Below are positions 1 through 9,975 of a DNA stretch of 25,686 nucleotides, piece by piece. The first letter of the stretch is position 1, and each line of letters begins with the position of its first letter. Source of the DNA: a virus (lineage: Duplodnaviria > Caudoviricetes); the IMG/VR virus record IMGVR_UViG_3300005239_000041, positions 1 to 25,686 of that record. One strand, 5' to 3'. The notes under the pieces are model-generated. The model did not search any database and was not told the origin of the DNA. It saw only the letters and a list, made by a program, of their open reading frames with translations. The position numbers and the translations under genes were made by a program.

Positions 1-339
1 CCAGTATTGTTCAGAAGTACAGTCATATACAATGTCATCATGTTGTACCCACCAATGTTTCTCACCACGATAATCTTCACCACTATATGATACTAACTCA
101 TCACTATCGATAAGAAAACATAATGCTTGTGTTGAATGATAGCAGTGACCATAGAATCTATTGACACCCTTATCTTTAGGGTACATCAATCTCTTTCCTT
201 TCAATAGATCTACAGTAAGTTCTTTTTGAATAAGACTCATTACTTCTTCAATATCATTAAAAGACCAGGGCTCAAACTCAAGAACCCTAGTCTCTATAAT
301 TGTATCTCCATCATAACGATGTCTTTCAATAGTCTTCAT
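1..339 (-). CDS. Hypothetical early protein, 3'-truncated by the window edge; possible transglutaminase/papain-like Cys-His-Asp fold
   Basis: Not in the ORF track. Read manually from ATG at 339: MKTIERHRYDG...FYGHCYHSTQAL...EKHWWVQHDDIVYDCTSEQYW, open to base 1. Lies about 35 nt downstream of a perfect sigma70 -10 box. Confidence 0.8.
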   Translation of the reverse strand, partial: MKTIERHRYDGDTIIETRVLEFEPWSFNDIEEVMSLIQKELTVDLLKGKRLMYPKDKGVNRFYGHCYHSTQALCFLIDSDELVSYSGEDYRGEKHWWVQHDDIVYDCTSEQYW

Positions 340-375
340 AAAGCCTAGTGACTCATATCATCCTGGACAAGCCAG

Positions 376-404
376 ATTATACATATATTTCAAGGTGTTG
401 TCAA
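376..404 (-). promoter_or_regulatory. sigma70-type early promoter TTGACA-N17-TATAAT
   Basis: Minus strand TTGACA (404-399), 17-nt spacer, TATAAT (381-376). Intergenic, upstream of ORF 1..339. Confidence 0.9.
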
Positions 405-409
405 GTATC

Positions 410-2860
410 TTATGTTGAACTTGTGATAGTTTCCCAAGCAGATCCGTTATAGAATTGCATTTTATTCAATGTAGAGTTGTATATAAGAGCACCAGATACA
501 ACACGTCCAGGTTGAGATGTATTGAAATCTCTATCAACTGTCGTTACTTTTGGTGGTAGAATATAGGAATCAGTTCTAAGCCCAACGTCAACAGCACATA
601 CAGGAGATTCTGTAGCGAATCCGATTGAACCCTGATCTAGTGGATTACCAGCAACATAAGGATTACGACCAATTCTAATAGTAGCTCCACCTACAACATC
701 TAGAGTAGATCCACTAAAAGTAAATCCACTACCAACGTCACCGACTGTTAGTGTATCACCAATTGCAATAGGATTTTCAACACTTGGACAAGATAAGGAA
801 GTACCAACAGTTAAACTACCAACAACATCTAAGTCAAAAAGTGTTGAGATTCCAGATGTAACATTGAACGTTACATCACCACCAACTTCTAAGCTTCCAG
901 TAACAGTTGCGATACCACCGACAAATAGATCATTTGTCATGCTCACACTAGAACCAACATATATTCTGTCACCAGTATCTAAACCACCAGTTAAGTTCAA
1001 ATCAATAAATGTTGATACACCGATAGTAGCGTCATCAACATTACATTGGAAGTTCTGAGTTGTTGTTGTTCCACCTATACTAAGATTTTGAGAAACTTCT
1101 AATCCAAAGAATGTAGAAACACCACTAGTGTTTGAAATATCAATACTTTGTGCGGAATTAAAAGAAATTGCCCCTAAAATGCTTAAATTATCGTATGTTG
1201 AAATTCCAGTCTGAGTGTTGTGGTTGAAATCAGTCTGTAAAAGATTTAGATTTGTTAGAACATCTAGTGTTGCAAATGTAGAAATACCACTTAAGTTTGC
1301 AATGGTGACATTATCGGGAAGATCTACTGTACCTGTAAATACAGAGTTTCCACTGACATTAAAGTTGTTCAGAATGTCAAATTGAAATGCAGTAGATACG
1401 CCATTATTTGCATCATTATTAAATGTAATTCCACCATAGATATAAACATCATCAAGAAACTCACTTTCTCCAGTAACTGTTAATGCTGCACCTAGTTTTG
1501 TATCACCATTAACGTTTAATCTTTCTGTTGGATTTGTGATACCGATTCCAAGATTTCCAGCCTTGGTAAGGGTCATTCTCTCTTCGGTAGCGTCACCTCT
1601 TACCCATCTAAAGTTTCCATCTAGATTTGCATTGGGAATATTTCTACCTAAATGATAGACATAATCACCGTTCGCATAGTTTGATAGTTCTAGTCTTAGA
1701 GCTATTTGTCTCAGTTCTGCTGTACTATTACCAATACCTAAGTCGCCACCAAGATTTAGAGTTGCAGCTCCACTTTCGGTGAGAATTTCTAGATTAGTTC
1801 CTTCAGCCTGATAAAGAACAAGTGTAGATTGGGGATCGGTTGTACCTATTCCCACCCCACCATCAGTGATGTTAAAGATTGAACCACCTGTGCCAACTTT
1901 GAAACTATCAGTACCATCAGTAATTACGATCTTACCAACACTTAAGTCACCAACAATGTCAGCTCTGTTGACAGTGAGTGCGATACCAGCATCAATAATG
2001 TTTGCAGATACGAAACCAACTCTAATATCTGGAGTTCCTGTTAAAGTTCTAGCAGTAGATGCAATAGCAGTAAGTGTTCCTTTGAACTCACCTTCATTGA
2101 ATGTTGAGATTCCAGATTCAATTAAAGTATTTGCAAAAATTCTTGCTTCAGAACTTCTTCCTGGTTCGGGTGTGACAGATCCAATGAATCCACCTAGGGC
2201 AGTAACGACACCAGTTAATTGTTGATCTTGTACTAACTTAAAGTCTGGAACGAGAGGAAGTTTATCTAGATCTAGTCTCGGGATTCTTGCTTGAGTTACA
2301 ATTCCAGATGTTAGTTCATCTGCATCTAGATCTGTTATGAATGTTCCACTACCAGCAAAACGAGTAGCAGTTATAGCTGCAGATACAAAAATATTTCCAT
2401 ATGCCATTCCAATCCCAATACCACTCTGTTCAGGATCTCCACCAACTTGAAGCTGATACTGTGGAATAAGAGTTGCAATACCAACATTTCCACCATTATA
2501 GACACTAGAAACACCAATACCAGTGTCTACGTCAACCCATTGTGAAGTTGGAAGATCTGATAGTTTAGATCCATCACCAAAATAAGTAACAATTCCACTA
2601 AATGAAGTTACAATACCTTGATTAAATTCAAAATTACCAACAACTACACTCTTACCAACTCCAGTTTCAAAAGATGCGCCAGCAGTAACACGAACTTCAG
2701 CAAACGTACTTAATCCACTAAATGATGCCTCCGTTCTAACATCAAAAGATTTGGTTGGTACTGATGTGCCAATACCAACCAGAGAACCATTGACGACTAA
2801 TGATTGATCAGACGCCTGAAGGCCTTCTCTAAAATTAAATACCTTCTTAAAATTTGCCAT
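410..2860 (-). CDS. Tail fibre / virion structural protein (816 aa)
   Basis: Repeated VGIGT/NVGI and GIST-F/GVST-F beta-rich motifs; C-terminal GALIYNSTLNKMQFYNGSAW motif typical of fibre proteins; late promoter immediately upstream. Confidence 0.8.
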   Translation of the reverse strand: MANFKKVFNFREGLQASDQSLVVNGSLVGIGTSVPTKSFDVRTEASFSGLSTFAEVRVTAGASFETGVGKSVVVGNFEFNQGIVTSFSGIVTYFGDGSKLSDLPTSQWVDVDTGIGVSSVYNGGNVGIATLIPQYQLQVGGDPEQSGIGIGMAYGNIFVSAAITATRFAGSGTFITDLDADELTSGIVTQARIPRLDLDKLPLVPDFKLVQDQQLTGVVTALGGFIGSVTPEPGRSSEARIFANTLIESGISTFNEGEFKGTLTAIASTARTLTGTPDIRVGFVSANIIDAGIALTVNRADIVGDLSVGKIVITDGTDSFKVGTGGSIFNITDGGVGIGTTDPQSTLVLYQAEGTNLEILTESGAATLNLGGDLGIGNSTAELRQIALRLELSNYANGDYVYHLGRNIPNANLDGNFRWVRGDATEERMTLTKAGNLGIGITNPTERLNVNGDTKLGAALTVTGESEFLDDVYIYGGITFNNDANNGVSTAFQFDILNNFNVSGNSVFTGTVDLPDNVTIANLSGISTFATLDVLTNLNLLQTDFNHNTQTGISTYDNLSILGAISFNSAQSIDISNTSGVSTFFGLEVSQNLSIGGTTTTQNFQCNVDDATIGVSTFIDLNLTGGLDTGDRIYVGSSVSMTNDLFVGGIATVTGSLEVGGDVTFNVTSGISTLFDLDVVGSLTVGTSLSCPSVENPIAIGDTLTVGDVGSGFTFSGSTLDVVGGATIRIGRNPYVAGNPLDQGSIGFATESPVCAVDVGLRTDSYILPPKVTTVDRDFNTSQPGRVVSGALIYNSTLNKMQFYNGSAWETITSST

Positions 2861-2878
2861 CGATATGGTGTTTTTATG

Positions 2879-2885
2879 TATTTAG
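2879..2885 (-). promoter_or_regulatory. T4-like late (gp55) promoter CTAAATA
   Basis: CTAAATA in the 35-nt intergenic gap, 18 nt upstream of the ATG at 2860. Confidence 0.7.
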
Positions 2886-2895
2886 GATTGATTCC

Positions 2896-5800
2896 TTACT
2901 TGATGCGAATGATATAGAAGAGACCCATGTAAGGAGGAAGGTTTCTATTAGTTCCAGATTGACCATTGGAAACGATCGCAACATTATGCCCGTGTGAACC
3001 AGCATTGCCCATGTTATGTTGATGATTAGGAGTATTGGCAACATCACCACCATGACTGTGACTACCAGCAGTTTGTGTATCACCGTGATTGTGATTTGCT
3101 TGATCTGGAATATTATGAGAATGGTTGGCTGCGTTGGGAATGTCGTGTCTGTGCTGGCCACCACCAGGAATATTATGACGGTGATTACCAGCGTTGTTTA
3201 CACCGTGTCTATGGTTTCCGTTATAACTGGTGTTTACATTCTGACGGTCAGTTCTAGAAGATCTAGAGTTTCTATTACCATATTCAGCCTGGTTGTTTCT
3301 TCTCGAATAAGTATGTCTATGAGCACCACCATTATTTGTGCTGTGACCATGTTGCCCTTCGTTACCAGTTTCACCGTGTCCGTGGTTGCCTACGTTACCA
3401 GTTTCAGCGTGACCGTGACCACCTTGCCCACCAGTTTCACCACCGTGAGTATGTTCACCAGCAGCAGGAGTTTCATGCCCGTGAGCAGCTTGATTTGGAA
3501 TCTCATGACCGTGAGTACCACCTGCAACCACATTATGAACATGGTTTGGTTGATTACTGACGTTAGTATTATGACCGTGTGAGATTGTAACAGAATCTTT
3601 TGTACCGCCAGTTGTACCTAGACCATAAAGATTACCAGCGGCAATTCCAAATCTATTTCTTAGATCTGGAAGTAAGAATGTTGATCCAGATGGATTAGCT
3701 CCATATGGGAAAACTGTTCCACTATCAGTTAGTGAAGCATAAAGAAGAGGATATGCACTCTGACTTAGTGCCGTACCATCACAGAGATGCCAGAAATCAC
3801 TAGAAGTGATATCTGTGGATCTACCACTAAACATCATAATACCACCAACAGGAGGTAAGTTTGGAACAATCAATTCCGAAGCACTGATACTTCCATCAAC
3901 AGCTAAATCGTCGTCAATGATAGTTAAACCAGTGGCACTATCTAGAGTTAGATTTTTGCCATTAGTTGATATAATTTTTGCTGTACTAGCACCAACACCA
4001 ATGTTAATATCAGCGGCATCAATACCAGCCTCGGCATCAATTTGTCCACCAAAAGTACCAACACCAGCAACATTTAGAGAACCAGTTATGGAAGCACTTC
4101 CACTAGAACTAAATCTTCCAGTAACTTCTAGATTTGCATCAACTTTAGTATTGCCAGTAATATTGACAACATTATTAACTCTTAGTGGACCATCAAACTG
4201 AGACAATAGTGTCTTAGATGGACCACCCTCAACAAGTAATCTCTGTCTAACAGTAACTTCATCGAAGATAACAGATAGAACTGAAGTATCTTCACCTCTA
4301 ATTGATGGAATTGGTGCATCAAACGTTGTTTCTTCACCAGTAGATGGGTTGATAATCTTGTTACCAATGAAGAAGTCACCATCATTATTCATGGCGGTGT
4401 ATACAACGACACCACCAGATCTCTTCTGGGATTGTGTTAGGAACTCTTCTCTTCCAGTTAGTGTAATATTTTGGACCTGAGGTAGACCAGTTGAGTAGTT
4501 ACCAGGACCATAACCTAGATATTCAAAGGTATGACCAGAACCTCTTAGAATTGAAGGTCTGCGAAGTTCCATACCTCTAATATTGATTCTCCCAACTCTT
4601 GAACCTGCTTGATGACTTGCAGTTTGAGAAGCTACATATCCTCTGATTACGGTAAGTTCATTGTTAGAAGATCCAGATAGGGTTGAGTCTGCGATTCTCA
4701 TGATCTCAGATCCAACCTGAATATAAGATCCGATCGGGAATCTCTCCGCAGTTCCTATACCAGAGTTTGAAAGTTGTAGAATAATTTTGTTATCTAATTC
4801 TGCACTTCCTAGATCATTACCAAGAATTGCATCATCATGTAAGAAGATGTTTGTTACTCTAGAACCAATAGATTCTGTATCAGCATCAATTGATCCACCT
4901 TTTGCATCATAGATTGTTGGTAGTAGGAATCTTGGTGTTGTTTGTGTAACAGGATTTGATCCAGAAACAGTAAACGTAAGAATACCAACTCTTTCTAGAA
5001 CAGTAAATCCACTGAAACTATTGTTGTTAGTATCAACGATATTGAAACTACCACCAGAAACTAAACCATGTGCTTCATTTGTTTCAATAGTTTGAACATT
5101 TGCAACAACTGCACTAACAGTCTTAATACCAATAGAGCGGCCACAATCAACTAGATATTGATCATTGACAGGATTTGGATCACCTGAAGTTACAGCGAAG
5201 GAAACTTTATTGCTTGCTGGAGTTGCAAGAACACGATAAGCGTTTGTTGCAGTGCTACCAATACCAGTTAGTTGAACTGAATTATTGATGAAAGTAGAGA
5301 TACCAGCAGTTGTAACTGCGATTTCAGCACCAGTAAATCCATCAAGATCTAAAGTTTCTGCACCATAACCAGAACCAGGATTAATTATTTGAACATTCTC
5401 TACAGCACCACCTGATCCAACAGTGACTCTAGATGTTGCACCATCCCAGTTGGAAGTACCATCATTCATCAACTTGACGTTATAGTAATCACCTTCAGTG
5501 ATCCACTGCCACCAGTTAATGTTGTATAAGTCGCAATACCAGAGAAACCATGTGGACGATCTAGAGTTACAGTTACAATACCAACAACATCATTTCTTTC
5601 AAAACCAATAACTGTTCTACCATATCCAATAACTCTAGAAACTTTATCAATACTCTCTCTAGTGATACTGTTTTCTGGATCGTCAACTGCAACATCACCA
5701 ATTGGCGATCTCTTTGCAAAAGACTTAGCCGCTAATGGGTTTGCAAGAACATTATCTCTATCTAATTGAGGATAATATTTCTCAATGTTAGGTAGGTACT

Positions 5801-8764
5801 TTAGGTTATCAAATTCTTCACTGATTTGGTTATCGGCACAAAGAATGTTGAAATGATAGATACCATCACTAATACCAGGATTATGCTTTTGAATTACTTC
5901 AGATCTGTATAGTGAAACATTTTTATTGTTATCAACTCTCTGGTATCTCGCCATGAGTTGAGTTCTGGTGTTCATGTCAGATGTGAAATCACCAGTTGAT
6001 CTCCCAAGATTATCAATATCAGTAGTACCATGTGTAAAAGTCAGATCATCAATGATACCAGTAACTTCAAATTTACCATTAAAGCCACTCTTTGCAATAC
6101 CAGCAGTGTTTGTTGTACTCTGTACGTCAACAATTTTAACTACATCACCAGCAAATAGTTCATGTGGTTTATCAACTCTAACTGTAACCGTTGAACCAGA
6201 TGTAGCACAAGTAGAAATATATCTTGGGTTTCTATCGAAGTCAAAATCACCTACATCAATAGAAGAAATAGTGAAGTCCTGATCACTTCTACTCGATGTG
6301 TTATTACTATCCTGTAGAATAAATCCGTTTACTGGATCTCTACCGATCGTTGAGTCTTTTGGTACAAAATATCTTAGTTTATAAACTTTGTCACAATAGA
6401 TCTGTTATCAGAAAGTCTCTTGATAATGTTTCACTGGTTTGAGCACCAATACCTGTTACACCTCTAGAGACAATCTCAGTGTAAATATCATTATCTTCCT
6501 TACAATGAATGAACCAATTATTTTGATTTGAGTCAAATAGTACGGGACATCCAATCTCATTTGCAGCTTTATCTGATACGCGACTTTCGACTCTTAAACC
6601 AGTTCCACCATAAACTGTAATTGCTTCTCCTCTAAGTGCATCACTGGAAGTTGAAGCGACACGGAATAGAGCAAGGTTAATACCATCTACGATAGCATAA
6701 TAAATTCTATCTTCATCTAAATTCTCTGGTAAATCACCATCTTCACTTATAATACGAATCTTTTCACCAGTGATAAGATTGTGATTAACCTGACAATTAA
6801 ATCTACCCTCTGAATCTAATCCAACAATTTTAGTAATTCTTTCTTTGGTCCTTGGCAGTTGCAATCGTGGTTGCTGCACCTATTAAATTGTCGGTAATTA
6901 AAATTGGTGCAGAATATGCAGTTGAACCAGCGCCACTAGTAAGATTGACAAATAGATTATCATTTTCTCTGGCACCAATACGATAACCTTGAGAAATAAT
7001 TGCAGGTGGGTTATCTTGATCTGTAAATCCAAATAGGTAGAGATGACTGTTAATACCTACTTGTTTTGTTTTATCAACATCAAGAGTGAATAGATCTATA
7101 TTAGATTCACCTTGTGGAACCGTTTGTGGTGCAATAATACCAGTAACGTATCCCTGGTCATCCTTTGTAAATGCCTCTGCCTTAAATCCATCAGAGATTA
7201 GAGCGATCTGGCCAAAGTTTGAGTTTGAGTTGGTAATCGAAGCATCACCACCAGACTCACAAAGGAAATGTCCATTGAATCCAATAGCGAACACGGACAC
7301 AACCTGAATGATCGAATCATTCACCATCTTAATGTGGGAAGTCTCCCATCCTTTACGATAAACTGCTCTACTGTCTAGGTGATAAACAGTATTTGAGTTC
7401 GTAGAACTAGATTCCGTTGCTAATTGAGAACCAGTTACTTTAGTGATGGAAATACCATCATATGTTCTAGATACTGGATTATACTTAACGAAAGCACGGT
7501 CATCTTTTTGTAGTGATACGGCCGTAAACTGTGCCACAACCATTGACTTAAAGCCAGAGGCAGTTGCACCATCAGCCAGCATACCATTCATGCCGAAAAC
7601 GGATCTGAGAGACACGTTAAAGACATATGGTGATGCACCAGTAACAGTATCAGTTTCAATCGTTACAGTGGCACCAGAGACATTACCAGTGGCAAGCAGA
7701 GTGGTTTGTGCATCTGCTAGTAGATATCCAAATGTAGTTGCATCTGTAACTGAAGTAACGAATGTTGAAACATTATAATCCGCAGGCGTCACACCTCTAA
7801 TCTTAACTGGTGTACCAACTGTTAGATTATGTGGATCATTTGTTTCAACAGTAATCAAAGTGGATGGTGTAACACCATCACCTGATTTAATCGTCTTGAT
7901 TGCAATTGGATCTGCTTGGAACGCACCAACGATTTCCCATTCAACTCTACTCTTAGAGAATCCTAGTGGTTGAGCTGGGAACTTCTGATCAATATTTCTA
8001 CCAGATGCTTCATTAAAAGCATTTGATATTTTACTATAATACATGTCAAGGTCAGTTAGACCTGTACCTTCAACGATATTGACACCATCAGCAAAACCAA
8101 AACAAGTTAGTTTGTGGTGAGAGAATGTTGGTGCTGATTTATTAATGACCGAGAAATCTACAGGGTCTGTATAGACCTGAGAATTTAAATCTCCATCAAA
8201 GAAAGTAAAGTCTCTAAAGTAACAAGTACCAGTTAGACGGATTACAGCACTTTCTGGAGCTGAGTCATCTGTTGGGTTTGGAACATATAGTGGTTTAATT
8301 TTGGTTTTTCTTAAGTCAAAACCAACAATAGCAGTACCTCTAGGAAGAATAACGCCACCTCTGTGGTCGTTAAACTTATAGAGCATATTATCTTCGACAC
8401 CCAAATCGAAGACTGAAGATAATGATAGGGTTAATATCGATTGAGCGAGAGTTTCTGTACCAGCTGGAGAGATTGCTTTTGCAGTACCATTATCATCTTT
8501 AATTCTAAATCCTGGTCTATTATCAACAAAGTGAACACCAGGAAACAGTAGAATCGTAGTTCTATCAAAGAGATCGTTATCGTTTCCTCTTACATAGGAA
8601 AATCTCGCAGATTCTAGAAGTGCTCTCTGAATAGTTTTGAAGGGTTGAGAGAGTGAGTTACCCTGATTTTCTATACTATCAGTGGCACCGATATCGTTAG
8701 GATTCACATATAGAATCTTACCCTCGGTGTTCTTAATAAAATTCTGGAGTTTACTAAGAGGCAT
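2896..8764 (-). CDS. Giant tail fibre protein (about 1,957 aa) with C-terminal collar domain and His-x-His needle; broken here by four frameshifts (about 6850, 6425, 6393, 5501)
   Basis: ORF-track pieces 6830..8764, 6391..6879, 5469..5975 and 2896..5472 join into one protein. Restored junctions read ...ETFIKRLSDNRSIDDKVYKLRYFVPK... (open from about 6392 through 5975) and ...GGSGFTEGDYYNVKLMNDG.... N-terminus MPLSKLQNFIKNTEGKILYVNPND resembles cyanophage fibre proteins. Collar motif PPVGGIMMFSG...WHLCDG...FLLPDLRNRF; ends NLPPYMGLFYIIRIK. Confidence 0.85.
2986..3579 (-). repeat. His-x-His peptide repeat (17 copies, about 10-12 aa period) in the fibre tip
   Basis: Counted in the translation: 9 HxH, a 33-aa spacer (3214..3312), then 8 HxH. 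Confidence 0.9.
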
Positions 8765-8771
8765 GGATATA

Positions 8772-8811
8772 AAAGTCGCTAGCTTTGCATTATGATATAT
8801 TTAGCGACTTT
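8772..8811 (-). terminator. 10-bp inverted repeat (terminator or translation-blocking hairpin) overlapping a late promoter
   Basis: AAAGTCGCTA (8772-8781) and TAGCGACTTT (8802-8811), 20-nt loop. On the minus strand the 3' arm ends in TTT followed by TATATCC-ATG of the fibre gene. Confidence 0.65.
8798..8804 (-). promoter_or_regulatory. Late promoter CTAAATA for the giant fibre gene
   Basis: CTAAATA 33 nt upstream of the ATG at 8764. Confidence 0.75.
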
Positions 8812-8835
8812 CAAAGTATTAATATTAAACCCTGA

Positions 8836-8908
8836 TGCTTCCTGAGAGGATCGAACTCTCCTTAGGCAAATTATGAGTTTGCTGCATTCACCAGATTGCT
8901 AAGGAAGC
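8836..8908 (-). tRNA. tRNA with CAU anticodon (elongator Met or lysidine-type Ile2); CCA not encoded
   Basis: Acceptor GCTTCCT/AGGAAGC plus A73; anticodon arm GCAAA-CTCATAA-TTTGC; T arm GAGAG-TTCGATC-CTCTC; followed by TCA rather than CCA. Confidence 0.9.
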
Positions 8909-8911
8909 TAA

Positions 8912-8983
8912 TAGGACTGCTGGGAATTGAACCCAGTTTACCCCGTTATAAGCAGAGAGCATTAACCAATATGCGACAGTCCC
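8912..8983 (-). tRNA. tRNA-Ile(UAU); CCA not encoded
   Basis: Acceptor GGGACTG/CAGTCCT plus A73; anticodon arm CTCTG-CTTATAA-CGGGG (two G-U pairs); T arm CTGGG-TTCAATT-CCCAG. Confidence 0.88.
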
Positions 8984-8991
8984 TTAAGCAA

Positions 8992-9177
8992 TCAAATATC
9001 ACATATAGGTGGTTGATGCTTAAGATATTCGTAAAATGTCATTTTCATTTCTTTCTGAGTCATACCACAATGCGCTGCAGCTTCAGGCAAATTCATTGTG
9101 CAATAATATAATCCTTCATGTGCCTCATCGACATTTTCTTTAGTTGTCTTATTTTTTTCAGGTAGATTATATTTCAT
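8992..9177 (-). CDS. Small hypothetical early protein, possible helix-turn-helix
   Basis: 61 aa; MNLPEAAAHCGMTQKEMKMTF resembles an HTH; directly behind a perfect sigma70 promoter. Confidence 0.75.
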   Translation of the reverse strand: MKYNLPEKNKTTKENVDEAHEGLYYCTMNLPEAAAHCGMTQKEMKMTFYEYLKHQPPICDI

Positions 9178-9198
9178 TAGATTTCAAAACACTCAGAT

Positions 9199-9227
9199 AT
9201 TATAAAGGATTATTGATGATGTGTCAA
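9199..9227 (-). promoter_or_regulatory. sigma70-type early promoter TTGACA-N17-TATAAT
   Basis: TTGACA 9227-9222 (contains the TGA stop of the upstream gene), 17-nt spacer, TATAAT 9204-9199. Confidence 0.9.
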
Positions 9228-9973
9228 CTTGTTTGAATACCAGTTGGGCCTGCATTGGGATAGAAGTTCTTAATTCTATCCTGACGATCCTTAGAAAATT
9301 TTTTACCTTTTTTAAACGCCCACCTCTGTCTTCTATATTCCATCGCTTCTCCTTTAACAATCCTTGATTGACCACCGTATTCATCTCTTGGACCAGTTGC
9401 TTTTGCATTATTATAATCAGTTAAAGCTTGTTGTTGAGCGGTATAAAGTGCAGAACAACTTTGAGTACAAATACCAGAAACTAATTGAGTAGCGGAGATA
9501 TATCGCAACACAGTTCCTACACCTGAATTTTCAATTACATTTTTATAACCGTCTCCATAATTATTTGGATTCAAAGTTGTATTGGGACCAGCATTATTTG
9601 TTAAATTGACTGTACCATTGTCATCATTTGGAGCATCCCCGTCATAAGAGTCACTATTAACATTTTTCATTTTTGCCCTGGCAACTTCATAAAAAACAGT
9701 AACAGCCGTTCCTACGAGAAATGCAGTGCTACCAAGACCAGCAACAGAACAACCACATCCAGCTGCAACAATCCCAAAGTTTACCGCCTGACTCAAATAA
9801 CTGTTGGCATCAACAACAGTTTGTGCATATAATGTATCACTTGGAATAGATAGTACAGTAATATCTGCGATTTGTTCGGTCTGGTCATCAACTCTAGTAT
9901 CTAGATATGAAACGTCTTTATCTAACTGATTTGATTCTTGATCGTATCTTTTTTGTAATGGTGATTTTGCCAT
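9224..9973 (-). CDS. Hypothetical protein, probably virion-associated (249 aa)
   Basis: Long ORF tightly packed (2-nt gap) in the baseplate operon; coiled-coil-like ends. Confidence 0.7.
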   Translation of the reverse strand: MAKSPLQKRYDQESNQLDKDVSYLDTRVDDQTEQIADITVLSIPSDTLYAQTVVDANSYLSQAVNFGIVAAGCGCSVAGLGSTAFLVGTAVTVFYEVARAKMKNVNSDSYDGDAPNDDNGTVNLTNNAGPNTTLNPNNYGDGYKNVIENSGVGTVLRYISATQLVSGICTQSCSALYTAQQQALTDYNNAKATGPRDEYGGQSRIVKGEAMEYRRQRWAFKKGKKFSKDRQDRIKNFYPNAGPTGIQTS

Positions 9974-9975
9974 AA

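Noticed and set aside
2986-3579. Periodic ccgtg/atgacc DNA pattern as a CRISPR array or DGR variable region
   Set aside because: Fully explained by His-x-His codons; no constant repeat-spacer structure, template repeat or reverse transcriptase in the window.
5976-6390. Apparent non-coding gap, intron or insertion in the fibre gene
   Set aside because: The minus frame is open across it and continuous with 5469..5975; it merely lacks a called start.
5469-6880. Programmed frameshifting in the fibre gene
   Set aside because: Four successive shifts without in-phase slippery heptamers would give negligible full-length protein; sequencing indels are more parsimonious.
8896-9111. 71-aa plus-strand ORF
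   Set aside because: Antisense to two tRNAs and to the 61-aa gene.
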